64,000 bases of DNA from Octopus vulgaris (GCA_951406725.2 OX597814.1:106764001-106828000); one strand, 5' to 3'. Shown: positions 14,978-26,629, numbered from the stretch's first letter. Translations and numbers: made by a program. The notes: generated from the letters alone by a model not told the origin.

Positions 14978-15975
14978 TAGATATTTATATATGTATGTAT
15001 ATGTATATGTATAAACTATTACATATATTTATATAGAAAGAGAGTGGGGAGACAGGCAGACAGACAGATAGACAAACAGAGGAGAAGTGAAAGTGGAAAG
15101 AAAATGAATTAATGAACGTTTGTTTGAGAGACTTTAAGATTCTGTCTCTCTCCACACAGATATATGCACATACATACACACACACACGTATATGTGGTGG
15201 AGCGGGGTTAGAGAGAGAAGGGGTGCGGCAGATGTAAAGTTTAAAAGTGAAAGTGAAAGTGAAAGATAAAATGAGAAAGACAATGAAAGTGGAGATTAGA
15301 GAGCTTAAGATAAGGGAGATAAATGTGAAAGAAGGGAGAGAGGGAAAATAGAGAAGATGCTGAAGAAATACAGAGAAGTGAGAGAGAGAGTAAAGGTAAA
15401 TGGGTAGAGAAAAATATTGATTAAAAAGTAAAATGAGAGAGGAGAAAGATTAGAGAGGGGAGGGGTAGAAATGAAGGTAGAAAATGTGAGATCAAAATTG
15501 ATAAGAGAGAAAAGAGAAATTTTTTAATGAGCAAAGTAGGTAAAAGGAGAAACTATTAAGGGTTGTAGAGAAAGATTGCGGAAAAATGGAGGAAAATAGA
15601 AATTTAGGCCCAAAGGAAAAAAAAAAGAGGAAGAAACTTTTGTAACAATCAGATGTTTAACAGAGCATGAAATATGCATAAGTTTCCTTATTTTTGTGAG
15701 AATTATCAGAAATATGAATTTTGGAATCTTGAAAGTCAACGAAGCGAAAGAATTTAAGCTGACTTTTCACTTACTTTCTGATACTTTATAAAACAAAAGA
15801 ACAAATGGAGGGGAAAAAAGTAGATATAAAAGATGGCGGGGCAGGGGGAGAAGGGTTGAACAGGAAGAGCGTGGGTTGGGGGGACGAGATGGGTTGAGGT
15901 GAGGCTTGGAGGAACACAGAGAGAGACACTTAAACAGAGAAAACATCCACATAAAATAAAATAGATTTCAAAAGA

Positions 15976-16016
<41 letters not shown>

Positions 16017-16056
16017 TAATAATAATAACAGCAACAACAACAACAACAACAGCAGC

Positions 16057-16110
<54 letters not shown>

Positions 16111-16764
16111 CACAACAGCAACAATAATAGCAATGGTTATTATTATTATTATTATTATTTTTAATATTATGTTGTTGCTGCGTGGGGTGACGGGCGGGGT
16201 GGGGCACATATTAGTTATAAGGGAGGCAAACACACTCCTGTTTATACACATCTGTTTTCAAACTAGAAAGACGAAAGAAAGACCAATGAGAGTTCAAAAG
16301 TGAGTGTCACTATCCGTCTATGTATGTGTGTGTGTGTGTGTATTTATTTATGTGTGTGTGTATGTATGTATGCAGTGACGTGTGTATACGTAGATATAAA
16401 TATTTATGCATACATTTTTATTCAAAACTACGTACATGTATACATTATGTGTATATATATATATTTATTGATTTATACATAATGTATATATAAATATATA
16501 TATATATATATATACATATATACATATATACATACATACATACATATACATTTATGTATATATGTATATATAAACTATATATATGTGTATATAAAAACTA
16601 TATACATGTATACATGATGTGTTTATATATATATTTATTTATTTATACATAATGTATATATATATATATATATACATATATATTTATGTATATATGTGCA
16701 TATGTATAATAGATATTCATGCATATATACATATACATATATAAACTTATATCTATATCTATAC

Positions 16765-16805
<41 letters not shown>

Positions 16806-16818
16806 CACAACGATAGAA

Positions 16819-16869
<51 letters not shown>

Positions 16870-16991
16870 TATACATACACATAGAAACCTAGTCATATGA
16901 ATGCTTGTAGAATGTGAAGATATTTCAAATATACAGATGAATGTCTAAAGAAGTAGAGATGGATAATGCATGAGCGTGTATGTCTGTGCAC

Positions 16992-17040
<49 letters not shown>

Positions 17041-17918
17041 TGTGAGTGTGTGTGTACATACATCTGTGTCGGAGGAGTATCTTTTATTTATAGTTTTTTT
17101 TCTCTTTCCGCTTGATTGCAACTAGTGCTTATGCCAAACGCGGCCATTTTGTATCTTTTCTTTTACCTCCTCTTCTTCCCTTTCTTCTCCTTCTTCTTTC
17201 TCCTCATCTTCCTCTCTTCTTCTTCTCCTCCTCCTGCGCCTTCTACTTCATCTCTTCTTCCTCTCCTCCACCACGCTACCTCTCCCAAAAACAACACTAT
17301 CCGTTTTATCATTCCTGCAGACCTTCACCCCCAGTCTCCAGTCTCCCCCCTAGCCCTCCACCCCCTCCTGCCCTTTATTCAAAAGAGCAACAATCATATT
17401 GAAGAGACAAGAACCAAACGAAAGCGACATAAATATTTCCAGCAGACGACCACCGCCGCCGCCACCGCCTCCCAATCCCCGTCTTAACTACCTTAGTCAT
17501 AAACTAAGATACACTGACTTTATACAATCGCATTAATCATACTTCATTTACTCTCCACTCTTGTTGTGTCTCTACGCTTCTTATTTCATTGTTTTCCTAA
17601 CAAATAAACAAACACACACACACACACACACACAGCACCACCATGTAATCTTTCGCTGCAGTCGGCGTTTTTTTCTATATTTGTTGTTGTTGATGATGAT
17701 GATGTTTTTACTTCATAATCACAATCGCCATGTTCGTATCCAATCCCTTCATTATAAAGTCATATTCAATTGAAAAATATTTGCTTTCATACTGTACAAA
17801 TACATACATATAATATCATATATACATATACATATATATATATATATATGTATATAAATGTGTATATATATACATATATATATATATATAATATATAAAC
17901 ATATATATATATATAAAC

Positions 17919-17953
<35 letters not shown>

Positions 17954-18104
17954 GTGTGTGTGTGTTTTAACCGTGGTGTTTTTTCTTACTTTGCATAAAT
18001 TAAAGACTTTGATATGTCTTTTTGTTTTGTTTTTGATTTTTTGTTTACTTTATAACTTTCTGTGTTTCGGTATATATATATATATATATATATATATTTA
18101 CATT

Positions 18105-18177
<73 letters not shown>

Positions 18178-18325
18178 TATTTATCTATCTAGCTATGCAT
18201 CGACCTATCGAGCTCTCTAACTATTGATCATTTCATCTCGCTATCAAATTACCTATCTGTTTCCTTTCCTCTCAGTGTTGTATGGATATATACATGTGTA
18301 TCTATGTATGTGCACATATACATAC

Positions 18326-18387
<62 letters not shown>

Positions 18388-18533
18388 GGATAGATAATCA
18401 TACATATGTATCTCGTATATATATATATATATATATATGTGTACACACACACATTCACATATATATATACATATATATATACACATATATATATATATAC
18501 ATATATACATATATATATATACATACATACATA

Positions 18534-18582
<49 letters not shown>

Positions 18583-18862
18583 TGTATGTATGTATGTATG
18601 TATGTATGTATGTATGTATGTATGTATGTACATATACATATACATTTATGATGCAGCAATGGGTACCTCTTGCACAACATGTCATCTGAGAGTTGTCACC
18701 CACGCTGACATATGTCTTCATTCTGTCATAGAATTTTTCATGGAATGTTTTGCCTTGTTCCGCTGTGACTAACCATAGTATACAATGCGTGATAGGAATG
18801 TTTAAAATCAAGCGACGTCTATCTTGATAGTTTTTAAAGTGATTAAAGGCTTCTGGCAAGAC

Positions 18863-18927
<65 letters not shown>

Positions 18928-18945
18928 CTCTCCTCTCTCGCTCAC

Positions 18946-18979
<34 letters not shown>

Positions 18980-19320
18980 TCCATTTGCCCTAAAAGAAGA
19001 AGTCTACTTCATTAGATGCAAACGAAATCGCAGATGTTACAGCAAAGATTTCCTCCCCTTGCGGGTCTCTTCCAGTTATTCACGACTGTTCGCTCTACTC
19101 AGCTCCTCCGCCCATTGGCAGCCTTTCTTTTTCGTCCTGCAGTGTCCAACGAAAACCACCCTCCTTACCAAACAGGCTTGGTCGGAAGGCCGGTTTAGTC
19201 AGCGTCGGCCTGACTATGTGAGTATGATCATAGTATTATTAAGAGTGACCTAACATATACATATGCATTTATATATAAATGTGTGTGTGCATTTGTGTAC
19301 ACACACACAGATATATATAT

Positions 19321-19374
<54 letters not shown>

Positions 19375-19380
<6 letters not shown>

Positions 19381-19640
19381 AAATTCTTGTTTTACCGTTA
19401 ATTCCGGCATATCTATCCTAAATATATTATTTGTCACATGCGTGTATATATCTATATGTATATGTGTATCGAATTCTTGTTTATATCTCCGTAAATTCTT
19501 GTTTTACCGTTAATTCCGGCATATCTATCCTAAATATATTATTTGTCACATGCGTGTATATATCTGTATGTATATGTATATGGAATTCTTGTTTATATCT
19601 CCGTAAATTCTTGTTTTACCGTTAACTCCGGTATATCTAT
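19375..19640. repeat. Minisatellite, about 113-bp unit, about 2.4 copies
   Basis: CCGTAAATTCTTGTTTTACCGTTAA recurs at about 19377, 19489 and 19601. Confidence 0.9.
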
Positions 19641-20309
19641 GTGTATGTATATGTGTGTGTTAGAAGTATAGTCGCAATTAGTTTTATTTTAGAAGACATT
19701 GTCTGTAGCGACGGACAAATATATATTTTCTTTTCTCTTTTTCTCTGCTTAAATTCTGTAAAATCTCTTGGATTGTTTTCTTTCAGCTATTTTATTATTA
19801 TTATTATTGTTTCTTTATATACTCACTTGTTACTCTTGTCTATATATGTGCATGTGCACACATGTGTATATGTGTGTATATGTATGTATGTATATGTGTG
19901 TATGTGTGTGTACAAATAGCTTCGTTTAGAATTCTCCCCTCTCTGTCTGTCTCTTCAGTTCTCTCCCTCACGCTTCTCCTTGTCTCTTCATTACTCTCTT
20001 CTATCTTACTCCCCTCTTTCAAATATATAAATTCTCTCTATATCTCTTCCTTCTCTCCCTGTCTCTTCAGTTTCTCTCCCGCTTCTCCTTGTCTCTCCAT
20101 TACTCTCTTCTATCTTACTCTCCTCTCTCGGATACATATAAGGACATAGACGCTTTCTCTCTCTTCCTTCAGTTCCCAGTCTCTCCTCTTCCTCTTCTCT
20201 CTTACTCTCGGCTCCCAATTTCTCCTTAAGTACATAGACGCTCTCTTTCTCTATTTCCTCCCTACCCCCTATTGCACTATTAGATTAATATAAATTAATA
20301 TAATATAAT

Positions 20310-20376
<67 letters not shown>

Positions 20377-20390
20377 GTAAAATATCAAGA

Positions 20391-21281
20391 ATGTCCAGAA
20401 CCTGGAAACGTGACGAACTGGCGTGGTTCCTGCGAGGATGGCAATGCGCTGACGGAGAAAATCCAAATAATATAATTACGGCTGCGCTGAAGAACAACGG
20501 ATACAAAAGGACGTCAGCTCAAATAGAGCGGAAGAAGCAAGAATTTATACGCTCCTACGCACTTGTCAGATCGCACATTAACACGCTGGATGCCATTTTT
20601 GACAGCGAAAAACGCGAACAAAGTAAAGATGGCAAGGATAGAGACGCGGGCGCTGATGAGGAGGGTCACCCCCACCTGGTAGACACCCAGGAAGAAAACT
20701 CCAGTGAGAGGCCTGCCCGTGAGATGAACCCAGGTGCGGATGCTCCTACCAGCACCAAAAGCCATGGACATGGAGATGAAAAAACCAAAAAAGGAAGAAA
20801 AACTGAAGCTAAAACTCAGACAAAGCCAAGGGGCAAGGCAGCCAGGGATAGAGGCAAACCTAACTATCCATATGCCAAAAAGGATGGAAACAAGCAGCGC
20901 ACACGGGTATGTAGGTTCTACCTGAAAGGTGCCTGCCGGCATGGAGAGGAAGGTGCAGGCTGCCGCTTTGCACATCCGGGACCCTGCCACAGAAACCAAC
21001 CACCGAAAGGAAATGGGATGGACCACGCATCACCTGCCCCAAAACGGAGGTACGCAGATGTGGTGCGTGCCACAAACCACCAACGTGTTGTTGAAAGGGC
21101 AGCTGCTGAGCAGGAATCTTTTTTGTGCATGGCACAAAAGATTGTACAGCAGCTAACCTGGCTCCATCAGGCTCAGGCTCGCAGATGGAACTGCCCACAG
21201 TTCACAAGACCGCCACAGCAGATGGACCCAGGGTGGACACCACCGGCAACAGCATACACCTCACCTCGATGCTCCTACTGA
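20391..21281 (+). CDS. LINE ORF1 protein (Myb/SANT-trihelix-like N-terminus, disordered linker, CCCH zinc finger)
   Basis: 296-aa ORF; W..DE...L....I..AL..NGY.RT..QI..K......Y at the N-terminus; CRFYLKGACRHGEEGAGCRFAHP finger. Confidence 0.85.
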   Translation: MSRTWKRDELAWFLRGWQCADGENPNNIITAALKNNGYKRTSAQIERKKQEFIRSYALVRSHINTLDAIFDSEKREQSKDGKDRDAGADEEGHPHLVDTQEENSSERPAREMNPGADAPTSTKSHGHGDEKTKKGRKTEAKTQTKPRGKAARDRGKPNYPYAKKDGNKQRTRVCRFYLKGACRHGEEGAGCRFAHPGPCHRNQPPKGNGMDHASPAPKRRYADVVRATNHQRVVERAAAEQESFLCMAQKIVQQLTWLHQAQARRWNCPQFTRPPQQMDPGWTPPATAYTSPRCSY

Positions 21282-24223
21282 ACATCAGAGGACTACTAAC
21301 ACACAATAACAGGACAAAAGTCCCGTTCCTGAGAGACTTTGTCGCATGCAATCAAGCCTTATGCATAGCACTCACAGAAACGCATCTGAAACCGGACATA
21401 GCAGATGCGGAATTACACATACCACAGTATGTTGTACTACGGACCGACAGGAAAGAAAGGAGTCATGGAGGAGTTGCTATGTACATCCGTGGGGACCTCA
21501 CACCCCAGGTCCTTTTGTCATACTCAAACTCGGTATGTGACACACTAATTGTACACATAAGGCAACTTGATGTAGTTGTGTGTGCTACATATCGCCCTCC
21601 AGATGCCCCAAGTCATATGGGCAAGTTTGAGGACTGCCTTTTAAAAATAGAAGTTCTAATCACATTAGAACAACACATAAGTGTACTTCTCATGGGAGAC
21701 TTCAATCTACCCAATGTCAGATGGCCCGAGGGCCTTTCTCTCCCAGGAATGACAAGATGTGAACGAGGACAGGCGAGGTCCCTCCTGAACCTCATCAACA
21801 CCCTGTACATGGAGCAAGTAATACTCCAACCAACCAGAGCAGGTAACACACTGGATCTCTGCTTCACAAATAATATGGATCTCATCCATAATGTGAAAGT
21901 GACACCGACACTACTCTCGGATCACAACATGGTAGAGCTGACCATGTACGGGCCAAAAGAGAGCACGGACATGCAGCCTACAAGAAACCCTCAGAATCTT
22001 TCCAGCTTGAACTTCAATAAGGCAAACTGGAAACAAATTGAGAAAGAGATCCTCAAACAAAACTGGCCTGAATGTCTCTCCTCGCCGGACATCGACATGA
22101 TACTTCAACAATTCATGTCTGTAATGCAAGCCATATGCTACCAATGTGTCCCAGAGAGAAAGGCCACTGTACACAAGAACAAAATCCCCAGAGAGAGGAA
22201 AACTTTAATGAGACGGCGTACAAAAATTTCAAATCGCCTAAACAAACAAATTGAAAGCAGTGAAAAGTCCCGCCTGAAAATAAAACTGTTGGAAATTGAA
22301 AATTGTCTGCAACTCTCCCATGAGAAGGAAAGAGCAGACAAAGAAGCCTGGGCTATAAACATAAAAACTAACCCCAGAGCTTTCTACAGGTATGCCAAAG
22401 AAACAGCTACGGTGCACTGTAGGATAGGGCCACTCCTTGAAAAGGATGGCACACTCACAGGAAAACCAATGAGGGTAAGCGAAATACTGAATGAACAATT
22501 CAAGAGTGTTTTCACTCCACCCCTTGGGCATTTCCAAATCAGCAATCCAACTGACTTCTTTACCACTGCAGATATAGAATCAGAGGCGGCGACGATAAAT
22601 TACATCGATATAACGGAAGACGATGTAATAAAGGCTATAGATGAAATGAAAACAGACTCAGCTATTGGCCCCGATGGATTCCCGGCAATCCTCCTAAAAG
22701 TATGTAAGAGAGTCCTAGCAAGACCACTGCAGTTCCTCTTTCAGAGCTTCCTTGCAGCTGACAAACTTCCAAGAAAACTGAAGGAAGGTAAAATATGCCC
22801 TATTCATAAAGGAGGTAGCAGAGCGGAGGCCAAGAACTACAGATCTATCTCTCTGACCTCACACATCAGCAAGGTCATGGAACGAATAGTCAGAAGGAAA
22901 TTAATCACCTTCCTTGAAGAAAATGACTTGCTGCCTGACACCCAACATGGTTTCCGACCAGGAAGAAGCTGCTTAACTCAGCTCCTGCAGCACTATGACT
23001 GGGTGCTGAAACAACTGCTCAACCACTCAAATGTGGAAGTCATATATGTCGACTTCGCAAAGGCCTTCGATAAAGTCGATCATGGAATGATATGTCACAA
23101 GCTGCGTGATCTTGGCATAGTTGGAAAACTAGGAGAATGGCTTCATGACTTTCTGAAGAATAGAAGTCAAGTGGTAGCAGCCAATGGGGCCACTTCCATT
23201 AGCACGCAAATAGTGAGCGGTGTTCCGCAGGGCACTGTTTTGGGACCACTACTGTTTATAATGGCCCTCTCAGACATGCCCTCAGCCACGCAGAGAGCCA
23301 CGATCACAAGTTATGCAGATGATACAAAAGTTTCACAGGCAATACAGAACCCTGAAGACACTAAGCACCTGCAATGTGAGCTGGACGAAATATACAAGTG
23401 GGCTGAAAAGAATAGCATGCAGTTCAATGCTGAAAAGTTTCAAGCTTTATACTATCATCATGCAAAACTGAATGCAATACCCAATGAATACACTGGACCC
23501 GGAGGGATTGCAATCCCAGAGGCACAATCAGTGCGTGACCTGGGTATTCACATGAGTGATGACGCGACCTTTCATGTACATGTTGCTAAACTGACAATGA
23601 AATGTAGACGGCTGGATGGATGGATTCTTAGAACCTTTAGAACAAGAGAACAAGAAACCATGATGGTCCTCTGGAAGACACTTGTCCTAAGCCACTTTGA
23701 CTATTGCTCTCAGCTATGGTCACCATCCAGTGTCAAGTTGATCACAGAACTTGAGGCGATCCAACGAAGCTACACGAAGAAGATAGCCTCTGTGCAGCAT
23801 ATGAGCTACTGGGAGAGACTCAAGAGATTAAAGCTCTATTCCCTGGAGCGTAGACGAGAAAAATATGCCATAATATATATCTGGAAGATCCTGGAAGGTC
23901 TTGTCCCAGACTTTGGCATCGAGAGTCACACAAATGCCAGAACCGGACGCCACTGCGTAGTACCAAGGACTCCAAATTTGCCATCAAGATGTAGGACAAG
24001 ATATTGTGATAGCCTGGGCTTCAGAGGCCCACGGCTCTTCAATATCCTCCCGAAGAACCTGAGGGACCTGCATGGTGTAGATGCGGATGTTTTTAAAGTA
24101 GGACTGGATCTCTTCCTGTCAGGTGTCCCGGATGAACCAACTTCACGGCAGGAGGTGCAGATGAGGGCAGCTGCATCGAACTCTCTCATGCATCAGATGG
24201 CGTTTGCTAAAAAGCATCCGTGA
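21269..24223 (+). CDS. LINE ORF2: AP-endonuclease + reverse transcriptase
   Basis: APE motifs NIRGL, LTETHL, GGVAMY, YRPP, GDFNLP, TLDL, SDH. RT motifs GPDG, NYRSISLTS, QHGFRPGRSC, DFAKAFDKVDH, GVPQGTVLGPLLF, YADD, RDLG. No stops; frame open from 21110; the ATG at 21269 just before the first APE motif is the inferred start. Confidence 0.96.
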   Translation: MLLLNIRGLLTHNNRTKVPFLRDFVACNQALCIALTETHLKPDIADAELHIPQYVVLRTDRKERSHGGVAMYIRGDLTPQVLLSYSNSVCDTLIVHIRQLDVVVCATYRPPDAPSHMGKFEDCLLKIEVLITLEQHISVLLMGDFNLPNVRWPEGLSLPGMTRCERGQARSLLNLINTLYMEQVILQPTRAGNTLDLCFTNNMDLIHNVKVTPTLLSDHNMVELTMYGPKESTDMQPTRNPQNLSSLNFNKANWKQIEKEILKQNWPECLSSPDIDMILQQFMSVMQAICYQCVPERKATVHKNKIPRERKTLMRRRTKISNRLNKQIESSEKSRLKIKLLEIENCLQLSHEKERADKEAWAINIKTNPRAFYRYAKETATVHCRIGPLLEKDGTLTGKPMRVSEILNEQFKSVFTPPLGHFQISNPTDFFTTADIESEAATINYIDITEDDVIKAIDEMKTDSAIGPDGFPAILLKVCKRVLARPLQFLFQSFLAADKLPRKLKEGKICPIHKGGSRAEAKNYRSISLTSHISKVMERIVRRKLITFLEENDLLPDTQHGFRPGRSCLTQLLQHYDWVLKQLLNHSNVEVIYVDFAKAFDKVDHGMICHKLRDLGIVGKLGEWLHDFLKNRSQVVAANGATSISTQIVSGVPQGTVLGPLLFIMALSDMPSATQRATITSYADDTKVSQAIQNPEDTKHLQCELDEIYKWAEKNSMQFNAEKFQALYYHHAKLNAIPNEYTGPGGIAIPEAQSVRDLGIHMSDDATFHVHVAKLTMKCRRLDGWILRTFRTREQETMMVLWKTLVLSHFDYCSQLWSPSSVKLITELEAIQRSYTKKIASVQHMSYWERLKRLKLYSLERRREKYAIIYIWKILEGLVPDFGIESHTNARTGRHCVVPRTPNLPSRCRTRYCDSLGFRGPRLFNILPKNLRDLHGVDADVFKVGLDLFLSGVPDEPTSRQEVQMRAAASNSLMHQMAFAKKHP

Positions 24224-24322
24224 GGTAAAACCGTGTAGCAAACCAAATGGCAGTGCCCCAGCATGGTCACAGCTCATTAGCTGAAACTGGAAAAATCAAA
24301 ATCAAAATCAAAATCATATATA

Positions 24323-24505
24323 TATGAGAATTTACCAAAAAACAAAAGACGAAGACGGGTGTGTAAACAACAAACATATGTATTTAATGCCGCTCGGGAA
24401 GTGAGAAAGTCTTTGACGTTTCGAGCCTACGTTCTTCAACAGGAAGGGACACAGAAATAAACAGGGAGAGAAAATAAAAAAGGTTTAGCGATCAATCATA
24501 GCGAA
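24323..24505 (-). mobile_element. Short PLE-pLTR-like repeat with degenerate minimal hammerhead motif (24411-24445)
   Basis: Minus strand CTTC-CTGTTGA-A-GAAC gtag GCTC-GAAAC-GTC-AAAG. The same family occurs on + at about 32205-32318, truncated at the AAAACGTA. Confidence 0.6.
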
Positions 24506-24519
24506 TATATGTTTGCGTT

Positions 24520-24577
<58 letters not shown>

Positions 24578-24765
24578 TAATGCACAATATATTGATTTAT
24601 CTAATCCGGTGGTACTCAAAATACCTCCTTTAATGGATCAGGTTACACAGTATATAGTAAACCAGAACAAAACAAAGAAGAGTGATGTAGAGTCCGATGC
24701 GGTTGGAATCCAATAAATCTAACCCAATCAATAACGATTATTTCATTAAGAGTGCATAAAATAAT

Positions 24766-25050
24766 ATAAAGGGGTCGACAAGATAATGGATACAACTTGC
24801 TAAATGGAAGTTTTATGACTTATTCCGGAATCGGTCCACTTTTGGTATCAACCACAGCTTTAATACGTCGAGAAATTGACTTGCACGGCTTTTGAATGGT
24901 TGTTAGAGAAACTTTGAGACATTTTCAAGTAAAAGCAGCTTAGCTCTTTTAGTGACTGTGTTGAATTGCATTGTTCAGATTATACTGAGATCCGAGATTG
25001 CGGTGGACGAAGAGGTGGGGGTAATCCAAATTGGTCTACTTCATTTTTTT
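24766..25050 (-). pseudogene. Tc1/mariner transposon 3' remnant
   Basis: Minus strand gives PPQS.DLSII (WPPQSPDLNII-like) and ISRRIKAVVDTKSGP (PRRI.AVI.AKGG-like), then a short TIR-like end at TA. Confidence 0.55.
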
Positions 25051-25221
25051 AGATCTTCGTATTAATTTTGAATAACATTAGCTTTGTGAATCGACACATT
25101 ATTGTGATGTAAGATTGAGCTACCGTCAGGGAATAATACTTGTACAATAGGAGACGGGCAGAGTGCACAAAAGAACAGAAAACTGCATTTCGTTGGCCAA
25201 GTTCATCGAGAACCTCAAAGG

Positions 25222-25537
25222 GAGTGATATGGAATAAAGATTTTTGCCAACATAACATGGCAGTCGTGGTTTAGGAAGAATGTTGTTGTAATTTAGCCCC
25301 AGGAGACATTGTCTCCAGCTGGCTATACGACATGATCTGTGTCTTTATATTTTCGAACAAGGGGATCTAGTATCCCCACTCAGCTCAAAACAATATCTGT
25401 GAATCGCGATTTCCGGGTTATTTCCCTTCACATAGCCAGCTGGAGACGATGTCTCCTGGGGCTAAATTACAGCAACATTCGTCCTAAACCAGGACTGCCA
25501 TGTTACGTTGGCAAACAATCTTTACTCCAAATTACTG
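25222..25537. repeat. Inverted repeat, arms about 105 bp with about 105-bp spacer
   Basis: 25222-25326 is the reverse complement of 25432-25537. Confidence 0.9.
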
Positions 25538-25758
25538 TTGCTGAATATCTCTCGTTGTGAGATTTAAAAATAGTAATGGCTTATTCTGTTTCGTGAGAGT
25601 GCACTTCCTTATAGAGCTGGCAGTAGCAGCTGTGATTTGTGTTCGATGGAGGAGCTGGAAATTCTCAATTGCAAATCCAACTTAATTAATATGCATAAAA
25701 AATTTATTAAGCCATTGTTCACATTTTATAAAGCATTCTTCAATTTTCCACATAAAAA

Positions 25759-26155
25759 TCTTTATATATAAAAGTCAAGTTGTGTGTCTGTCTCCTACGA
25801 TTTAGATTCCTAACTACTCCCACATTTTGCGGTGTAGTTTAACCAAAACTGGGTATCTTATAGTCGTGATTCATATCGAGCCCTTCTGGGTATTAGCGCG
25901 CGTCTACGATGAGTCTACGATTTTAAAAAAATTTACCATCATTTTTTTCCATTTTAATGCATTTTTTCGCTATTATATAAGGGAAGTAACTCTCTAAAAA
26001 TGTCTACGATGAGTCAACGATTTTTTAAAAAATTCACCGTCATTTTTTTTCCATTTTTGATGCATTTTTTTGCTATTGTTTGGCTATATCTCTCTAAAAA
26101 TGCTTATATAGTTATTTCCTTTACAAACCCGAGCAACGCCGGGCGATACTGCTAG
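25759..26155 (+). mobile_element. Non-autonomous Helitron
   Basis: 5' TC after A, 3' CTAG before T, subterminal GC hairpin CCCGAGCAACGCCGGG; homologous to 40873-41100 and 41690-41717. Confidence 0.9.
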
Positions 26156-26501
26156 TACTGTATAAAGAACTTACTTAAATCAGATTAACGTCTGCGTTCT
26201 CTTCTAACGGACTCTTCAACCTCAACTTGAATTATCTCTTATGTAACACACCAAGAACGCATTTTCTAACTAATTTTTCCTCTTTAATCTTCAACTATTG
26301 CGCTTAATCATTATGTGTGTATGTGTGTGTGTGTGTGTGCAATATCTATTACGTATATGATGTATGTGTGTGTGTGTCTATATACATATATATATGTGTG
26401 TGTGTGTGTAAATGTATGCATACATATCTTTTATCTTTTGCTTGTTTCCTCTCATTAATTATGTAGAATGTTGAAAGGGAACACACGAGTTGATATGTAT
26501 A

Positions 26502-26629
26502 AGGAAATTAAGACAAGGTAGGAAATGATAATATAGTTTTATCATGAAATAAGTACATTTTAGCACCGGTTCTAAAATGTTCTTCATGATAAAATTATTT
26601 TGGCATTTTCTACCTTGTCTTAATTTCCT
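26502..26629. repeat. Imperfect palindrome, about 128 bp
   Basis: AGGAAATTAAGACAAGGTAG...CTACCTTGTCTTAATTTCCT centred on TTTTAGCACCGGTTCTAAAA; abuts (AT)n. Confidence 0.88.

Larger units (their letters stand above)
20376..24315 (+). mobile_element. Apparently full-length, intact CR1/L2-group LINE
   Basis: Two open ORFs, short 3' UTR with stem-loop, (AAAATC)n tail at 24292-24315, 5' end abutting (GATA)n. Confidence 0.95.

Noticed and set aside
18645-18790. Possible RTE-type RT fragment on the minus strand ([16 protein letters not shown])
   Set aside because: Similarity is too short and weak to call without a search.
20514-24189. Antisense and alternate-frame ORFs inside the LINE
   Set aside because: Shadows of the GC-richer ORF1/ORF2 with no independent motifs.
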